A stretch of DNA of 64,000 nucleotides from positions 2,294,001 through 2,358,000 of the forward strand of contig OX597825.1 in the NCBI GenBank assembly GCA_951406725.2, in the 5' to 3' direction. Below are positions 12,893-24,426 of this stretch, piece after piece. A program made the translations under genes and the position numbers. The notes beneath the pieces are model-generated. The model made no database searches and was not told the origin of the DNA. It was given only the letters and a program-made list of their open reading frames with translations. Source of the DNA: Octopus vulgaris. Lineage: Eukaryota. Numbering within the stretch: the stretch's first letter is position 1; each line of letters starts with the position of its first letter.

Positions 12893-14329
12893 ATGTATAG
12901 GTACTGTAAATTGTGATACGCTGTACGGATAACAACGTATTCCAAGACAATAATTTTTCGAATACACTCGAACATTTCAACGTTCAACTAAGCTTTAACT
13001 TTTAACGTTTAATTAACCCTGATTATCATATCAGTAACAATCATACCATCATCAGCAACATCATCGTCGTCGTCAATGTCCTCATCCTCATCACCATCAT
13101 CATCATGAACAACAACAACAACAACAAACTTAATGAAATTCCATTGGCCTAACATTGATTTCTTTCTTTCTACGCTTGAACAGATCGAGCTGGTTTACAG
13201 TTCAGCGTATTCTATGCACGTCAGTCCTGCATGAACTCGTATTGAAATGTTGCTTCATAAAATCTCATACAACTCAAGAGCTCTTTGATCAAACTCCATC
13301 AGCCAAGCTGTTGTATTATCGCACGCAGTATATATTACGTATTCCGATTGCAATTCACGTGTATGTTATCTTTCTTTTGAATATATATAAGGTTGCATTT
13401 GCATAGGCCAAACAATACAATGCTATTCCTCATCAGAACATCCGAAAACTGAATAACAAGTCTACAACAATAATACATTACCATATAAGATTTGCTGACT
13501 GAAACCTCCTCTCTCTCTCTCTCTCTCTCTCTCCCATCCAAACATGATGCATTTCAAATTACTGTAAATATTCGAGAGACGTGTTACTTTTCATGATTCC
13601 ATAGTGGAACATTTTACATTATCTCCTTTCTAAAAGATATTGTTGTTGCTGAATATTCCAAGGTAGGTTTGTGGAGCAAGCTTATGCTAAGGTGATAAGT
13701 AGATTACACAAAGCATGATGGAAAGAAACACACTACATCAGCGAAGTCTGAGATTTAGTGGTGTGATCGTTTATTCAGTAATAAATGTTAGGATGGATGC
13801 AGTGCAATTCAATATATCGATTTCGATTAAGTTTCTTGTCCAAATTGTTCTAATTACTCAGTGAATATTATCGAAGGAAAATGGTGAAATAGTTTGCGAA
13901 GTTGTAAATACCTTTTCTCAGATTTATTCGTTTTGCAAGACAGTTATTAGGTGTGCATAATCTTTTTGTTTTTTATATTATGTTATTTTTGAGCATTTGT
14001 TCGAAATTTATTCAAATATAAAAATGAGAAAACAGAAAAAACGCAGACGTTAGGATCCGAACCTAGTATATGTTCATCAAAAGACAGAATAGCGCTATAG
14101 CAACCACATGGAAATGTAGTGTAAGAAACTTCGGACGGATGGCGGACTACCAGTATCACCGAGGGAATTAACCGTGACACGCATTACAAGTACCCAAGAA
14201 GAATCCTAAACTTCCTTTGCATACTTTGCTGGGTCTTGCAATGTTTGTACAGCCAATGTTTCTGGCAACGACATTGTATTTTACCTCCTTTCATGTGCCT
14301 GATAATCGAGACGTCACTGGGCGTTACCA

Positions 14330-15290
14330 ACAGCACAGAAGAACAGGTCAGTAGGAACTCTATCTAAATCCTGTCTTAAAATTTACTGGTTCGTCATTAA
14401 TTTTGGTCTAATGAGGTCTCTAAAGATAATTTTCGGGCTTATTTGAAGATGTTGCTTCCAACGAATTAGGTTTTCTAAAACTGACAGATGACAATGGCCA
14501 CTCGGATAAACTTGTCCTGTATGAAATATGCCCCAGCTGAGGCGATCGGTGGAAATCCTCCTTTAACTTAGAATTAAGAAAAGCTGGAATATATGGAGCG
14601 AATCCATATAAACTACGATGAATTGTGAACAATGATCACACGCACTGTCGATTGTAACAAATAGAATACAACAACAACAACAACAACAACATTGAATAAT
14701 TATATATTGTATTTCATATGATAGAATGGTTAAACCCACTGAGAATTGAGCCAATAGAAAATTGTTTTTCAAAAGACAGACAGGGATGGCGTCGTCTCCA
14801 AACATTGCTCCTTTCCTCGTCACGCCGTACAGGAGTATCTGCTTTTCCGCTCTCTGCGGGGGGAATGCGAACACTGGTCAGATGACTTACTTTTGCCAAC
14901 ACGCACTGAGTGAGGAACTGGGTAAGCTGTTGCTTGTGATAGGCAGATATTTGTAGATGTTGCGCAATTTCCAGCGTTACCTTCTCGGAGAAAATTTGCG
15001 ATGATCATTTTTACAGACAAACTTTTCCACAACTTATGTCCTCGACAGATCTTCACTCGTGTAACAAGAGCAGAGCAAGGCTGGACAGGTGTCACCTGGA
15101 TTATCATCAGAGTATCATCAGTTTTCTTTCGGTTTCCCAATCTTTTCAGTGGAATTTCTACTTCTGCAATTCATAAATGATCAATAATGGGTACGATGAC
15201 GACTACTCGGAGTAACTTCTAATCCAGTCCCTGGCCTGAGAGAGCATCCGGGTGACAGGTATAGAAATGCCTGTAGGGACGTATTCCCGA
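14330..15290 (-). mobile_element. Heavily decayed CR1/L2-like LINE reverse transcriptase region
   Basis: Minus strand, in correct order over many frameshifts: PLLIIY (GPLLF.IY), TDDTL (YADDT), SLYGFAP and FKTG.DR. Interrupted by (CAA)n at about 14668. Confidence 0.5.
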
Positions 15291-15561
15291 GAGCATCATC
15301 GGCAGGCGACGTTATGCCAAACACCTGCTGTTGTGTATAAGACAGATCTGGTTATCGAGTCCTGTTGTGAAGAACCTCCGCCCTTTCCTTTGATTGATAA
15401 GTATTTATAATTCTTCTGACCTTGTTAAAAGAGGTCACTTGTTGGATCAGACTGAAAGGACTGAAAACTGACATCTTAAGGTCATCTGTCAATATCTCTT
15501 TCTTTGTCTCTCTTTCTCTCTCTCTTCATCTTTTTGTATGTGTATATATATATATATATAT

Positions 15562-15777
15562 ACTCTTTTACTCTTTTACTTGTTTCAGTCATTTGACTGC
15601 GGCCATGCTGGAGCACCGCCTTTAGTCGAGCAAATCGACCCCGGGAGTTATTCTTTGTAAGTCCAGTACTTATTCTATCCGTCTCTTTTGCCGAACTGCT
15701 AAGTGACAGGGACGTAAACACAATTGTCCAGCAATGCTAGGGGGACAAAAACTGACACACAAACACATACACACGCA

Positions 15778-15857
<80 letters not shown>

Positions 15858-16020
15858 TACGGCAGGCTTCTTTCAGTTTCCGTCTACCAAATCCACTCAC
15901 AAGGCATTGGTCGGCCCGGGGCTCTAGCAGAAGACACTTGCCCAAGATGCCACGCAGTGGGACTGAACCCTGAACCATGTGGTTGGTTAGCAAGCTACTT
16001 ACCACAGCCACTCCTGCGCC
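15562..16020 (-). mobile_element. Full-length SINE family A with internal microsatellite
   Basis: Head GGCGCAGGAGTGGCTGTGG, B box GGTTCAGTCCC, internal (TA)n(TATG)n, 3' GGCGGTGCTCCAGCATGGCCGCAGTCAAATGACTGAAAC and (GAGTAAAA)n tail. Confidence 0.93.
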
Positions 16021-16047
16021 TATATATATATGTATATATTTAAATAG

Positions 16048-16079
<32 letters not shown>

Positions 16080-16664
16080 CCATATTGCCCATTTTCAAGT
16101 AAGTTATCTATACTCTATGGTATTATATGGTATCACGAAACCGTTATAGAATAATGTTATTTTGTTCAAAATTGCTGACATGATTGTGTAAATTCACAAT
16201 TGAAATTTCGAATTTCATCACAGATCACATTACGTTTTACTTCTATTCGCTTTAATAAATTAACTCAGGTATATCTCATCATTTCACCTGAACCTACCCA
16301 TCTCTCCAGTACAAAAGGTTACCAAAGTGCTAAGTTAAAATAGACTGTTGCTAACATAATATTTTTTGTTCCTACTTTTTATTTTTAAAAAATGCTGAGA
16401 AGCTACATTAAACAAAAAGTAAGGATAAAAACAAAAGAAAACAACAATAATGGTTATTAAGACTTCAACCGAATTGACTCTTCAGTTTGGGGAATAAATA
16501 TCTTATTGCTACGTGAAGAGTTGTTTGTATCAAAACTATAATCAAGTTAAAATCTTAAACAAAAGAATTTTCTCAAAAATCTGTTTTCCTTGAAATCACA
16601 TGAAAACGTCAGTCTGGTGCACAAAGACGGAATAATAAGAGAGTTGAGAAGAGGAGGATAAGAG

Positions 16665-17265
16665 CTGGTGGTGGTGGTGGGGATGTTTGGCGGTGGTGGT
16701 GGTGGTGGTGGTGTGTGGTAGTGATCATAATGGTGAGAGGGATTATTGGTGGTGATGATGATGGTGATGAGGGCGACGACAATGATGATGGTAATAGAGA
16801 TTATAGCAATAGAAGGACTGAAGTATATCTCCTGTAAGTGGCATGCCGCTCTCTGCTGGAGCTGCGGCTGGTGCTGCTGTCGCCACTACTACTGCTGGTG
16901 CTAGTGCTGCTGCTGATGATGACGTCGACGAAGACGATGATGGTGATGAGGAGGACGACGATGGTGGTGGTGGTGGTGGTGATGACGACGACGATGATGA
17001 TGAAAACGACTTCGACGAGGTCAACGACGATGACGATGATGATGATGACGATTATGACAAGGACTTTGATGATGTTGATAATGACAATTATGGTGCTGGT
17101 GGTGATGGTTGTATCTGTGGTGGTGAAGAAAGGTTGCCGTTATGCAAAACATTGATGTTAGGAACACGGAAGGTGAATCCTTGCAGTGGCATCTAAAGGT
17201 GGTGGTCTTGGTGGTGGTGGCCGTGGCTGATAATAATATGGCGAAGGAAATAAAGGTGGTGGAAG
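16665..17265. repeat. Degenerate (GGT)/(GAT)/(GAC)/(GCT) low-complexity tract
   Basis: Mosaic of trinucleotide repeats. Confidence 0.85.
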
Positions 17266-17290
17266 AATTGGGAAGAACGTGGTTTGGTAT

Positions 17291-17375
17291 AAGACACTTG
17301 CCCGAGGTGCCACGCAGTGGGACTGAACCCGGAACCATGTGGTTCGGAAGCATACTTCTTACCACACAGCCACTC
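17291..17375 (-). mobile_element. SINE family A head fragment
   Basis: Close match to 15931-16013. Confidence 0.88.
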
Positions 17376-17584
17376 GCGGTCGATATAATAAACTATTCAA
17401 ATTCGGGCATCATTGGATGTCCTTGTCCGTAAATTACTAAACGCAAAGTATTTGCCAGAGACACAAAATAAAGTAAGGCACCAGATTAATGCTGGTTTTG
17501 GTGGTATTGACGAATGCCCTCCACGCAAATTTCAGACTTTGTGCAAATGCTTGAAACGATTATCATTATTATTATCATGTTTGA

Positions 17585-17760
17585 AATTTACAGAAAAACA
17601 ACAGACGAAGGCAGGTGTATGAACAAGAAGCAGGTGTATTATTTTGACGTTCGGGAAATTGAAAAAAGTCTTCTACGTTTCGAGCCTACGCACTTCAGCA
17701 GAATGGAATAAGAGAAAATAAACAGAGAGAGAATTAGAAAAAGTTGTGGATTTAGCGGTC
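17585..17760 (-). mobile_element. Solo PLE 3' UTR/pseudo-LTR remnant with decayed hammerhead
   Basis: Reverse complement matches 21733-21842 (CTGCTGAAGTGCGTAGGCTCGAAACGT ... CACCTGCCTTCGTCT). Confidence 0.75.
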
Positions 17761-17778
17761 AAGAATTATTATTAAAGG

Positions 17779-17895
17779 TTTGTCCTTTCATCCTTTCGGA
17801 GTCGATAAAATAAGTATCAGTTCAACACTGGGGTCGACCTAATCGATTTACCCCTCTCGCTCGAAATTGTTTGCCTTGTGCCAAAATTCGAAACC
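17779..17895 (+). mobile_element. SINE family B, 3' portion
   Basis: CCTTTCATCCTTTCGGAGTCGATAAAATAAGTA...CTGGGGTCGA...CCTTGTGCC matches 41655-41755. Confidence 0.85.
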
Positions 17896-18150
17896 AATAT
17901 TACTCTATAGAAAACCCATCAAAATTATATAGTAAGCTGAAAGCATCTTACAATAAATTTCTTTTGTGAGAATACGATCTTGCCCAAGAGAAAAGAAAAT
18001 CTAATGAATAGGTAACATTATTTCACACACCATCTTTAAGATAAAACCATTTGGTTTCTCTCTCTTATAACAATGGACGTCGAAACCTCAAAAATAGAAA
18101 AAAAATCTCGTTAAAATAATGATTTCTAATCTAGGCAGAATTCTTGGCTT

Positions 18151-18487
18151 TTGGATTAATGTATTCCTAGAGCTACATAATATTTATATCGCGCCCAGGA
18201 CTTCATTGGCTCATGAAATTTGCGCATGACTGAATGTATTGCATTTGGAATAATATCACCGTGACATGAATTTCCGTAATGTGAAATGCATGTTCTAAAT
18301 GAATTCCATGCTAGTTGGATTAATGCATTCCTATAACTACCTAATACTTATTTATATCGAGCCCAGGACTTCATTGGCTCATGAAATATCCGCATGATTG
18401 AAGTATTGCATTTAGGATAATATCACCGTGACATGAATTTCCGTAATGTGAAATGTATGTTTTAAATGAATTCCATGCCAGGTGGAT
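18151..18487. repeat. Tandem duplication, period about 164-167 bp
   Basis: Copies start at 18151 and 18315; long identical blocks such as CCCAGGACTTCATTGGCTCATGAAAT. Confidence 0.93.
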
Positions 18488-19881
18488 GTCAATAAGCTTA
18501 TACAGTTCGGGAGGAAAACATATATTTTGGATTAAAGATCTGCATGTTACGGCAAATAAAGGCTGGAAGGCTACATTGCCATAACACAAAAGGTGTGTTT
18601 ACTTAAAGGTATCGACATGAAATATGACAAAAGAAATTAGTCCAGAATTTTCATTTTATGCTGTAATTCACTTCGTCTTATTACACAAGAATCCGTGCTA
18701 CTCATTAAATAAAGGTAATTGAAGTTTTTGATCAACTCTAATCAAGATATCATAAACTAATTACTAGAACACTTCACTCTAGTGGAAGTCTATTAAAGAT
18801 AGAAATAGTTTAAGACTGCCACTTTGTATATTCGCCTAATAATTAGGTCCTTCACATGTAGGGTTTGGTGATTCGAACAGTGAAACAGTAATTTTAGATA
18901 CCGTAAATAATTTATTTTACTTTCTATTAACTTTCTATAAGCTATCTATTATAAGACGAGTCTGCTTGCATTAACAACACATAAAATCTATTCACGAAAT
19001 CCTATGATATACAGAATGGATTTAATCACACATGGATACAGAGAAGTTTCTAAAGGTATACAGACAACAAAAATGCAGTGATGTAATGCATCGCGTGCCT
19101 TTTACAATTTGCTTTTTACTTCTGATTAATTTCGACTCGAATTGAGATATCACAGAAAAATAGTGAACAAACCTTTTGTAAGTATTAACAATCACATTAA
19201 ACTGACGAAGATACGGTGCTCTATGAGAGCTTCCTGCTTTTGCAATACAGTATTGGTATAAAAGTTTGTTTTAGGAATAAGAATGGATCCTATTAAATAG
19301 TAAAACCAATGGTAATACTTCGCAATAACAACTTACTAGTGACATGACTAAAACTTCATTAGTATAATAATGAAAGAAACATTTCACAGGCAATGTTAAT
19401 AGAGGAATTCACTACTATCAGTATTATCCAATTCGGGAATTGATGTTATACTTGGCATGGCAGACTCAGTTGAGTCAAAGATATGAGATGAGAAAGAGGA
19501 AATGATTTTTTTTCATAACATGTGATGTACTCAGGCAATGGAGACAAATGATTTCTGGCTGGAGGCTGCGGCAGCTAAAACAGAATGACAAACTGAATAG
19601 AACTAAAGCAAAACTTATAAAAATTATTATATAAAAGATGCTATTAACACTCTCTATATAATATGTAATGGATATATATGTCGCTGAAAGAATTCTGAGC
19701 AGGGTGTTTATTTTCGAGGGAGCAAACAGAAAATAAAAATATCGCCACTAGACAAAACAAACCACCCAACAAAAAAAGTACAAAAAAGACAAAAGACAAA
19801 AGGCAAAAAATAAAACAATAAAAATAGACAGTTGCGGCGCTGGCATTGATAAATCCTGATTTCTGCTTCGTTGTGATTCAC

Positions 19882-19927
19882 CATTTTAAGCGACACCGCA
19901 TTTTAAGCGACACCGCATTTTAAGCGA
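19882..19927. repeat. 17-bp tandem repeat (CATTTTAAGCGACACCG) x2.7
   Basis: Perfect units at 19882, 19899 and 19916. Confidence 0.95.
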
Positions 19928-20375
19928 AAATCGAGCGCTAGCTGCTATAATTAAACAACAGTTTAAAAGGAATTTAAGAATATATATGCTTAAGATCATC
20001 GGTGCGACCATCCAGATGAATATAATTTGTAGGACTGCATGCTAGGACGTCCGCACAAAGTCAGACTTGTAAGACAGTCCTACCGATTACACTCGTGGCT
20101 ACTATTTCAAAAGTCCTCGTTTTGGCGCGCTACGGACATTTGGACATTTATGTAAGTAAAATTATATAATATGTTGATAGTGAAACATGTATGCGAATAA
20201 TCCATATTCTTATTGCTTTATCTTTTGTCTTGCTCGATTACATTTTGGTTGTGTTGCTAAATTTTTCTTGAGGACATTTCTTAGTGGTAAGACCATAGCG
20301 GATCTGTTTCTAGCATAAGGGTGTCCACATAGTGGTTCCCCTCTAATATGTGTATGTATATATATATATACATAC

Positions 20376-20438
<63 letters not shown>

Positions 20439-20439
20439 A

Positions 20440-20913
20440 GCCCACAACCTTCGAGACCTTTTGGTCCATAGCTCCTTCCCTGACCCTACCTCCCAACCCG
20501 GCTCGTTCCCCTGCTCCCGCCCACGTTGCCGCACTTGCCCTTACCTCTCCAACACCACCCGCCTCACTAGCACCCACCATCGACCCTATCCCATCATCCA
20601 CTCCTTCACCTGCACCTCCAGCAATATTATCTATTGCATCTCTTGCTCTCTCTGCAATTCCTTGTACATCGGACAAACGGGACGCCGCTTGGCTGACCGG
20701 TTCGCGGAACACCTTCGTGACATCCACCTTGCGAACGACACACCGGTCTCACGCCATTTCCGCTCCACCGGTCACTCCTTGCAACACCTATCTGTGTTCG
20801 GTTTGTCCTTACACAGAGGCCATCCGGATTCCCGTTTACGCCGTGAACAGGAATTAATCTTCTCTTCGCTCTTATACGCCATTTGGTCTCAACTCTCCCC
20901 CCTCCTCATCTAA
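20440..20913 (+). pseudogene. GIY-YIG endonuclease domain of the PLE ORF (5' truncated, frameshifted near 20865)
   Basis: ORF 20461-20913 carries the motifs. The conserved terminal RSYTPFGLN is in a different frame and no RT domain is present. Confidence 0.88.
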
Positions 20914-21732
20914 CCCCCTCTCCCCCCTCCTCACCTATCCTTTTCCCCCCGACCCCTACTTCTTCAGTCCTTCATCCTTTCACCCCTACTCCCCTTCCCT
21001 TCTTCCCTCTTTCTCCCTCCCTCTTCCCCTTCCCTCTGCTCCCTCACTCCCTCTCTCCCCTTCTCTCTCCCCCTCTCCCTCTTTCCTCCTTCATCCCCCT
21101 CCTCCCCCATCCTCTCCTCTTCCCCCTCTCCTCCCCCTCTTCTTCCCATCCCCTTCTCTCCCCTCTTCCCCTCCCCCTCTTCTCCTCACTACACCACATG
21201 ACTTTACACATCACATCACATATGATGTGCCATACTAATACACACACCAACTAATACATACTAATACGTACTAATACATACTAGTACATACTAATACATA
21301 CACCAACCCTATACATACACACGTCCAGACCCCGCATACGCACTTATACTCTCTCATACACACACACTTATACATACCAATACGTACTAATACATACTAA
21401 TACATACTAATACATACACCAACCCCATACATACGCACGTTCAGACCAATCCTACGCACTAATACTCTCTCATACACACACACACACACACACACACCCT
21501 TATACATACTAATACATACACCAACCCTATACATACACACATCCAGACCCCTCCTACGCACTTTTAGCTGGTCCCTCAACCCATTTATCAACCCTATTAT
21601 CTCCCCTTATTTCGCTCTCGCGTCTCATGTTTGATCTTTGACCTCTGGCCGAAATCAGATCGCCATGTTGATTCGTTCGCTACTGCACGCATTTTTTTTC
21701 TCTCCTTCTTTCTGTGTTTTTCTCTCTGTGTA

Positions 21733-21770
21733 TCTTTCTGTTGAAGAGCGTAGGCTCGAAACGTTAAAGA
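21733..21770 (+). ncRNA. Minimal type I hammerhead ribozyme variant in the PLE 3' end
   Basis: TCTTT-CTGTTGA-A-GAGC(GTAG)GCTC-GAAA-CG-TT-AAAGA: stem I TCTTT/AAAGA, 4-bp stem II, loopless palindromic stem III. Core has A6>U. Confidence 0.7.
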
Positions 21771-21844
21771 CTTGTTTTATTTATATTTCCTGAGCGCCAT
21801 ACTAATACAATTGTTCGTTTGTTTTCCACCTGCCTTCGTCTTTT

Positions 21845-21892
21845 AGACCTGTATCACAGTGATTTCATACTTACGTATTCATCAGCAGGCCT
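21845..21892 (-). ncRNA. Type I hammerhead ribozyme (inverted copy)
   Basis: Minus strand AGGCCTG-CTGATGA-ATAC(GTAA)GTAT-GAAA-TCAC(T)GTGA-TA-CAGGTCT; canonical core and all three stems. Confidence 0.88.
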
Positions 21893-21915
21893 GGATATAT
21901 CATACATAAACGACC

Positions 21916-22447
21916 CACGCTATCTACCTGACAATTTCTTGTTAAGTTTTCCTTATATAGTTGTCCTTAATTGCTAAATTTTTATTCCGAAAAACTTTTC
22001 CTTTCCCGAAATGCAATTCGTAAAAAGTCTGACATTTACAGGATGTAATATATGTAAACTCACCCATGTGCTTCGCTGATGTTGATCAGTTAGCTGATCG
22101 GCTTAGGCGAGGCAGGGTCGTTTATGTATGATATATCCAGGCCTGCTGATGAATACGTAAGTATGAAATCACTGTGATATAGGTCTATTTTTTAAATGTC
22201 TTACTTTGAAAAATTGCATTCGGTGGGATTAGTAATATTTTTGGTAGAAATGACTAATTGTCCCTCTTAGCGTGTGGCATGTATGTATAATGCCATCTGG
22301 CATGTATGTATAATGCCCTCTATATATAAATTAATATGTTCAATAAGAAATAATTATTTTCGAAATTTTTTCTCTTATGAGGTTTTCACGCTATCTACCT
22401 GACAATTTCTTGTTAAGTTTTCCTTATTAAGTAGTTGTCCTTAATTG

Positions 22448-22450
<3 letters not shown>
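21916..22450 (+). mobile_element. Candidate retrozyme / non-autonomous PLE-dependent element, about 471-bp unit with about 60-bp terminal redundancy
   Basis: Direct repeat 21916-21976 vs 22387-22450, one internal hammerhead, no ORF, ends in (TA)n. Confidence 0.65.
22139..22186 (+). ncRNA. Type I hammerhead ribozyme
   Basis: AGGCCTG(22139-45) CTGATGA(22146-52) ATAC-GTAA-GTAT GAAA(22165-68) TCAC-T-GTGA TA TAGGTCT(22180-86). Predicted cleavage 3' of A22179. Confidence 0.88.
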
Positions 22451-22497
<47 letters not shown>

Positions 22498-22680
22498 TTA
22501 TATATATATATATATATTACTACTGTCACCCCAACCGCCACTACGAAGTTCTTGCAATGAATCTACAGATAACAACACGGAGACGAAACTGTGGCGTTGC
22601 TTTACTCATCATGTATTTATACATTTTGTATAATTTCTCCATTATATATATATATATGTACATATATATGTGTGAAAGAA

Positions 22681-23110
22681 CAGGCGTGGCTGTGTGGTAA
22701 GAAGCTTCGTTCTCAATCACACTGTTCTAGGTTCACTCCCACTGCGCGGCATCTTGGACAAGTGTCTTCTGCTATAGCTTCTGGCCGACCAAAGCCTTTT
22801 CAGTGGATTTGGTAGACGGAAACTCAAAGAAGCCTGTCGTATACAAATGTGTGTGTGTGTTTGTATGTGTTTGTGTGTATGTATGTGTGTATGTGTGTAT
22901 TTATGCGTGTGTGTTTGTGTTTGTCCCCCACCTCATTTAACAACCGACTTCGGTGTGTTTACGTCCCTATAACTTATCAGTTCGGCAATATAGACCGATA
23001 GAATAATTACTAGGCTCACAAAGAATAAGTCCTGGGATCGATTTCATCGCCTAAAACTCTTTGAGACGCAGCTCCAGCACGGGCGCAGTCAAACGACTGA
23101 AACAAAAGAA
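22681..23110 (+). mobile_element. SINE family A, near full length, internal (TG)n
   Basis: Collinear with 27429-27846; more diverged. Confidence 0.9.
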
Positions 23111-23171
23111 TGTATATGCATTTGTTAAACCTCATACACACACACATAGAATAATATGGCCACCAGTCTCT

Positions 23172-23222
<51 letters not shown>

Positions 23223-23548
23223 TATTCCGCTAACCAACCAAAACATCTAGAATAATAGTAATAGCAAAATAACTAAATTATATGCTAATCGACATGTAAA
23301 TTAGATAACTTACACGCCGAATGGTTTGTAATTTCGCTATTTTGTTGTTAACGTGTTGAACAATGTACTCTTCGTTAGATCGTAATGCTTACTAATAATA
23401 GTTGTATTTGTTCTAAAATATCTCATTTCAGTGATTAGAAATAGCGAAGCATTATCCATTAACTGGATATCCAGCCCTTTCTCTTTGCTCTAATAGGAAT
23501 ACACCATTGCCTTTTATATAAGACAATCCATTCTTAAAATCACCTTTT

Positions 23549-23584
<36 letters not shown>

Positions 23585-24287
23585 AAAGTGATATTCAGAC
23601 AAAACTGATTAGTGGCAAATAGAGAAGACATGAAATTCCATACAATTGCCAGTTTAGATTCTTTATATAAAATTAGCTTTGATTTAATATTTCTTCCATT
23701 TATGCCACTCATACATTCTGAAAGAGATGTTCTCTTTCTTTTTATGTTTACCCTTTGAAAGTTATCATGGCTTATGACAAAATGTTATCGGAAGAGATGC
23801 ACTAAATTATATAGCATACTATCATGTTAAAATCAATGGTAAATGACAAAGTGTTTCAAATGAGGAACTGTTTCAATTATTCACATTATGGAGAAACTGT
23901 TTCATTATTCACACTATTAACTCGAGTCTGGGGTATTGAAAATATTACTTATACTTATTAAAGAATGTTCAACTGGTTAGCTTCTAACAAGATAGATGAA
24001 CGAAGTTTCTAGTTAATCACTTCTTGTAGTCTATTGAAAATGTTAAATTATATATCTATTCACGCGTCTCTGAACGAAACATTATTTTCAAACTTTTGGA
24101 GTCGGAATCAACTCTGCTCGATTACACAGTAATTGGTGGGATAGAGGATGCATCACAAAGCTAAAGATGATGAGTTCAAACGCTACGTAAAGCATTATGT
24201 AGTGGATGTATACTACATTTAGATAGTGAGCTGTTACTTCAACATTTTATGTTAATAATAATGGACCCATATATATCCAGTATATAA

Positions 24288-24426
24288 GGGCACGAGCTGG
24301 CAGAAATGTTAGCACGCCGGGCGAAATGCTTAGCGGTATTTCGTCTGCCGCTACGTTACGCGTTCAAATTCCGCTGAGGTCGATTTTGCCTTTCATCCTT
24401 TCGGGGTCGATTAAATAAGTACCAGT
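24288..24426 (+). mobile_element. SINE family B, 5' monomer
   Basis: GAGCTGGCAGAAATGTTAGCACGCCGGGCGAAATGCTTAGCGG, B-box-like GTTCAAATTCC and central GCCTTTCATCCTTTCGGGGTCGATTAAATAAGTACCAG. Confidence 0.92.

Larger units (their letters stand above)
20438..21843 (+). mobile_element. 5'-truncated Penelope-like element (Neptune-like): GIY-YIG region plus 3' UTR/pLTR
   Basis: NLRDLLVHS, Cys linker CSRPRCRTC, NIIYCISC...LYIGQT, R..EH, V..HF and E.ELI. The UTR has a C/T tract, (CTAATACATA)n, three 100-120-bp repeats and a hammerhead motif. Confidence 0.92.

Noticed and set aside
16843-17196. Acidic Ala/Asp/Gly-rich 117-aa ORF
   Set aside because: Mosaic of trinucleotide repeats open in several frames and strands, with no domain or clear splice structure.
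20281-20857. Overlapping 148-aa (-) and 169-aa (+) ORFs
   Set aside because: Alternative frames of the GC-rich PLE endonuclease region.
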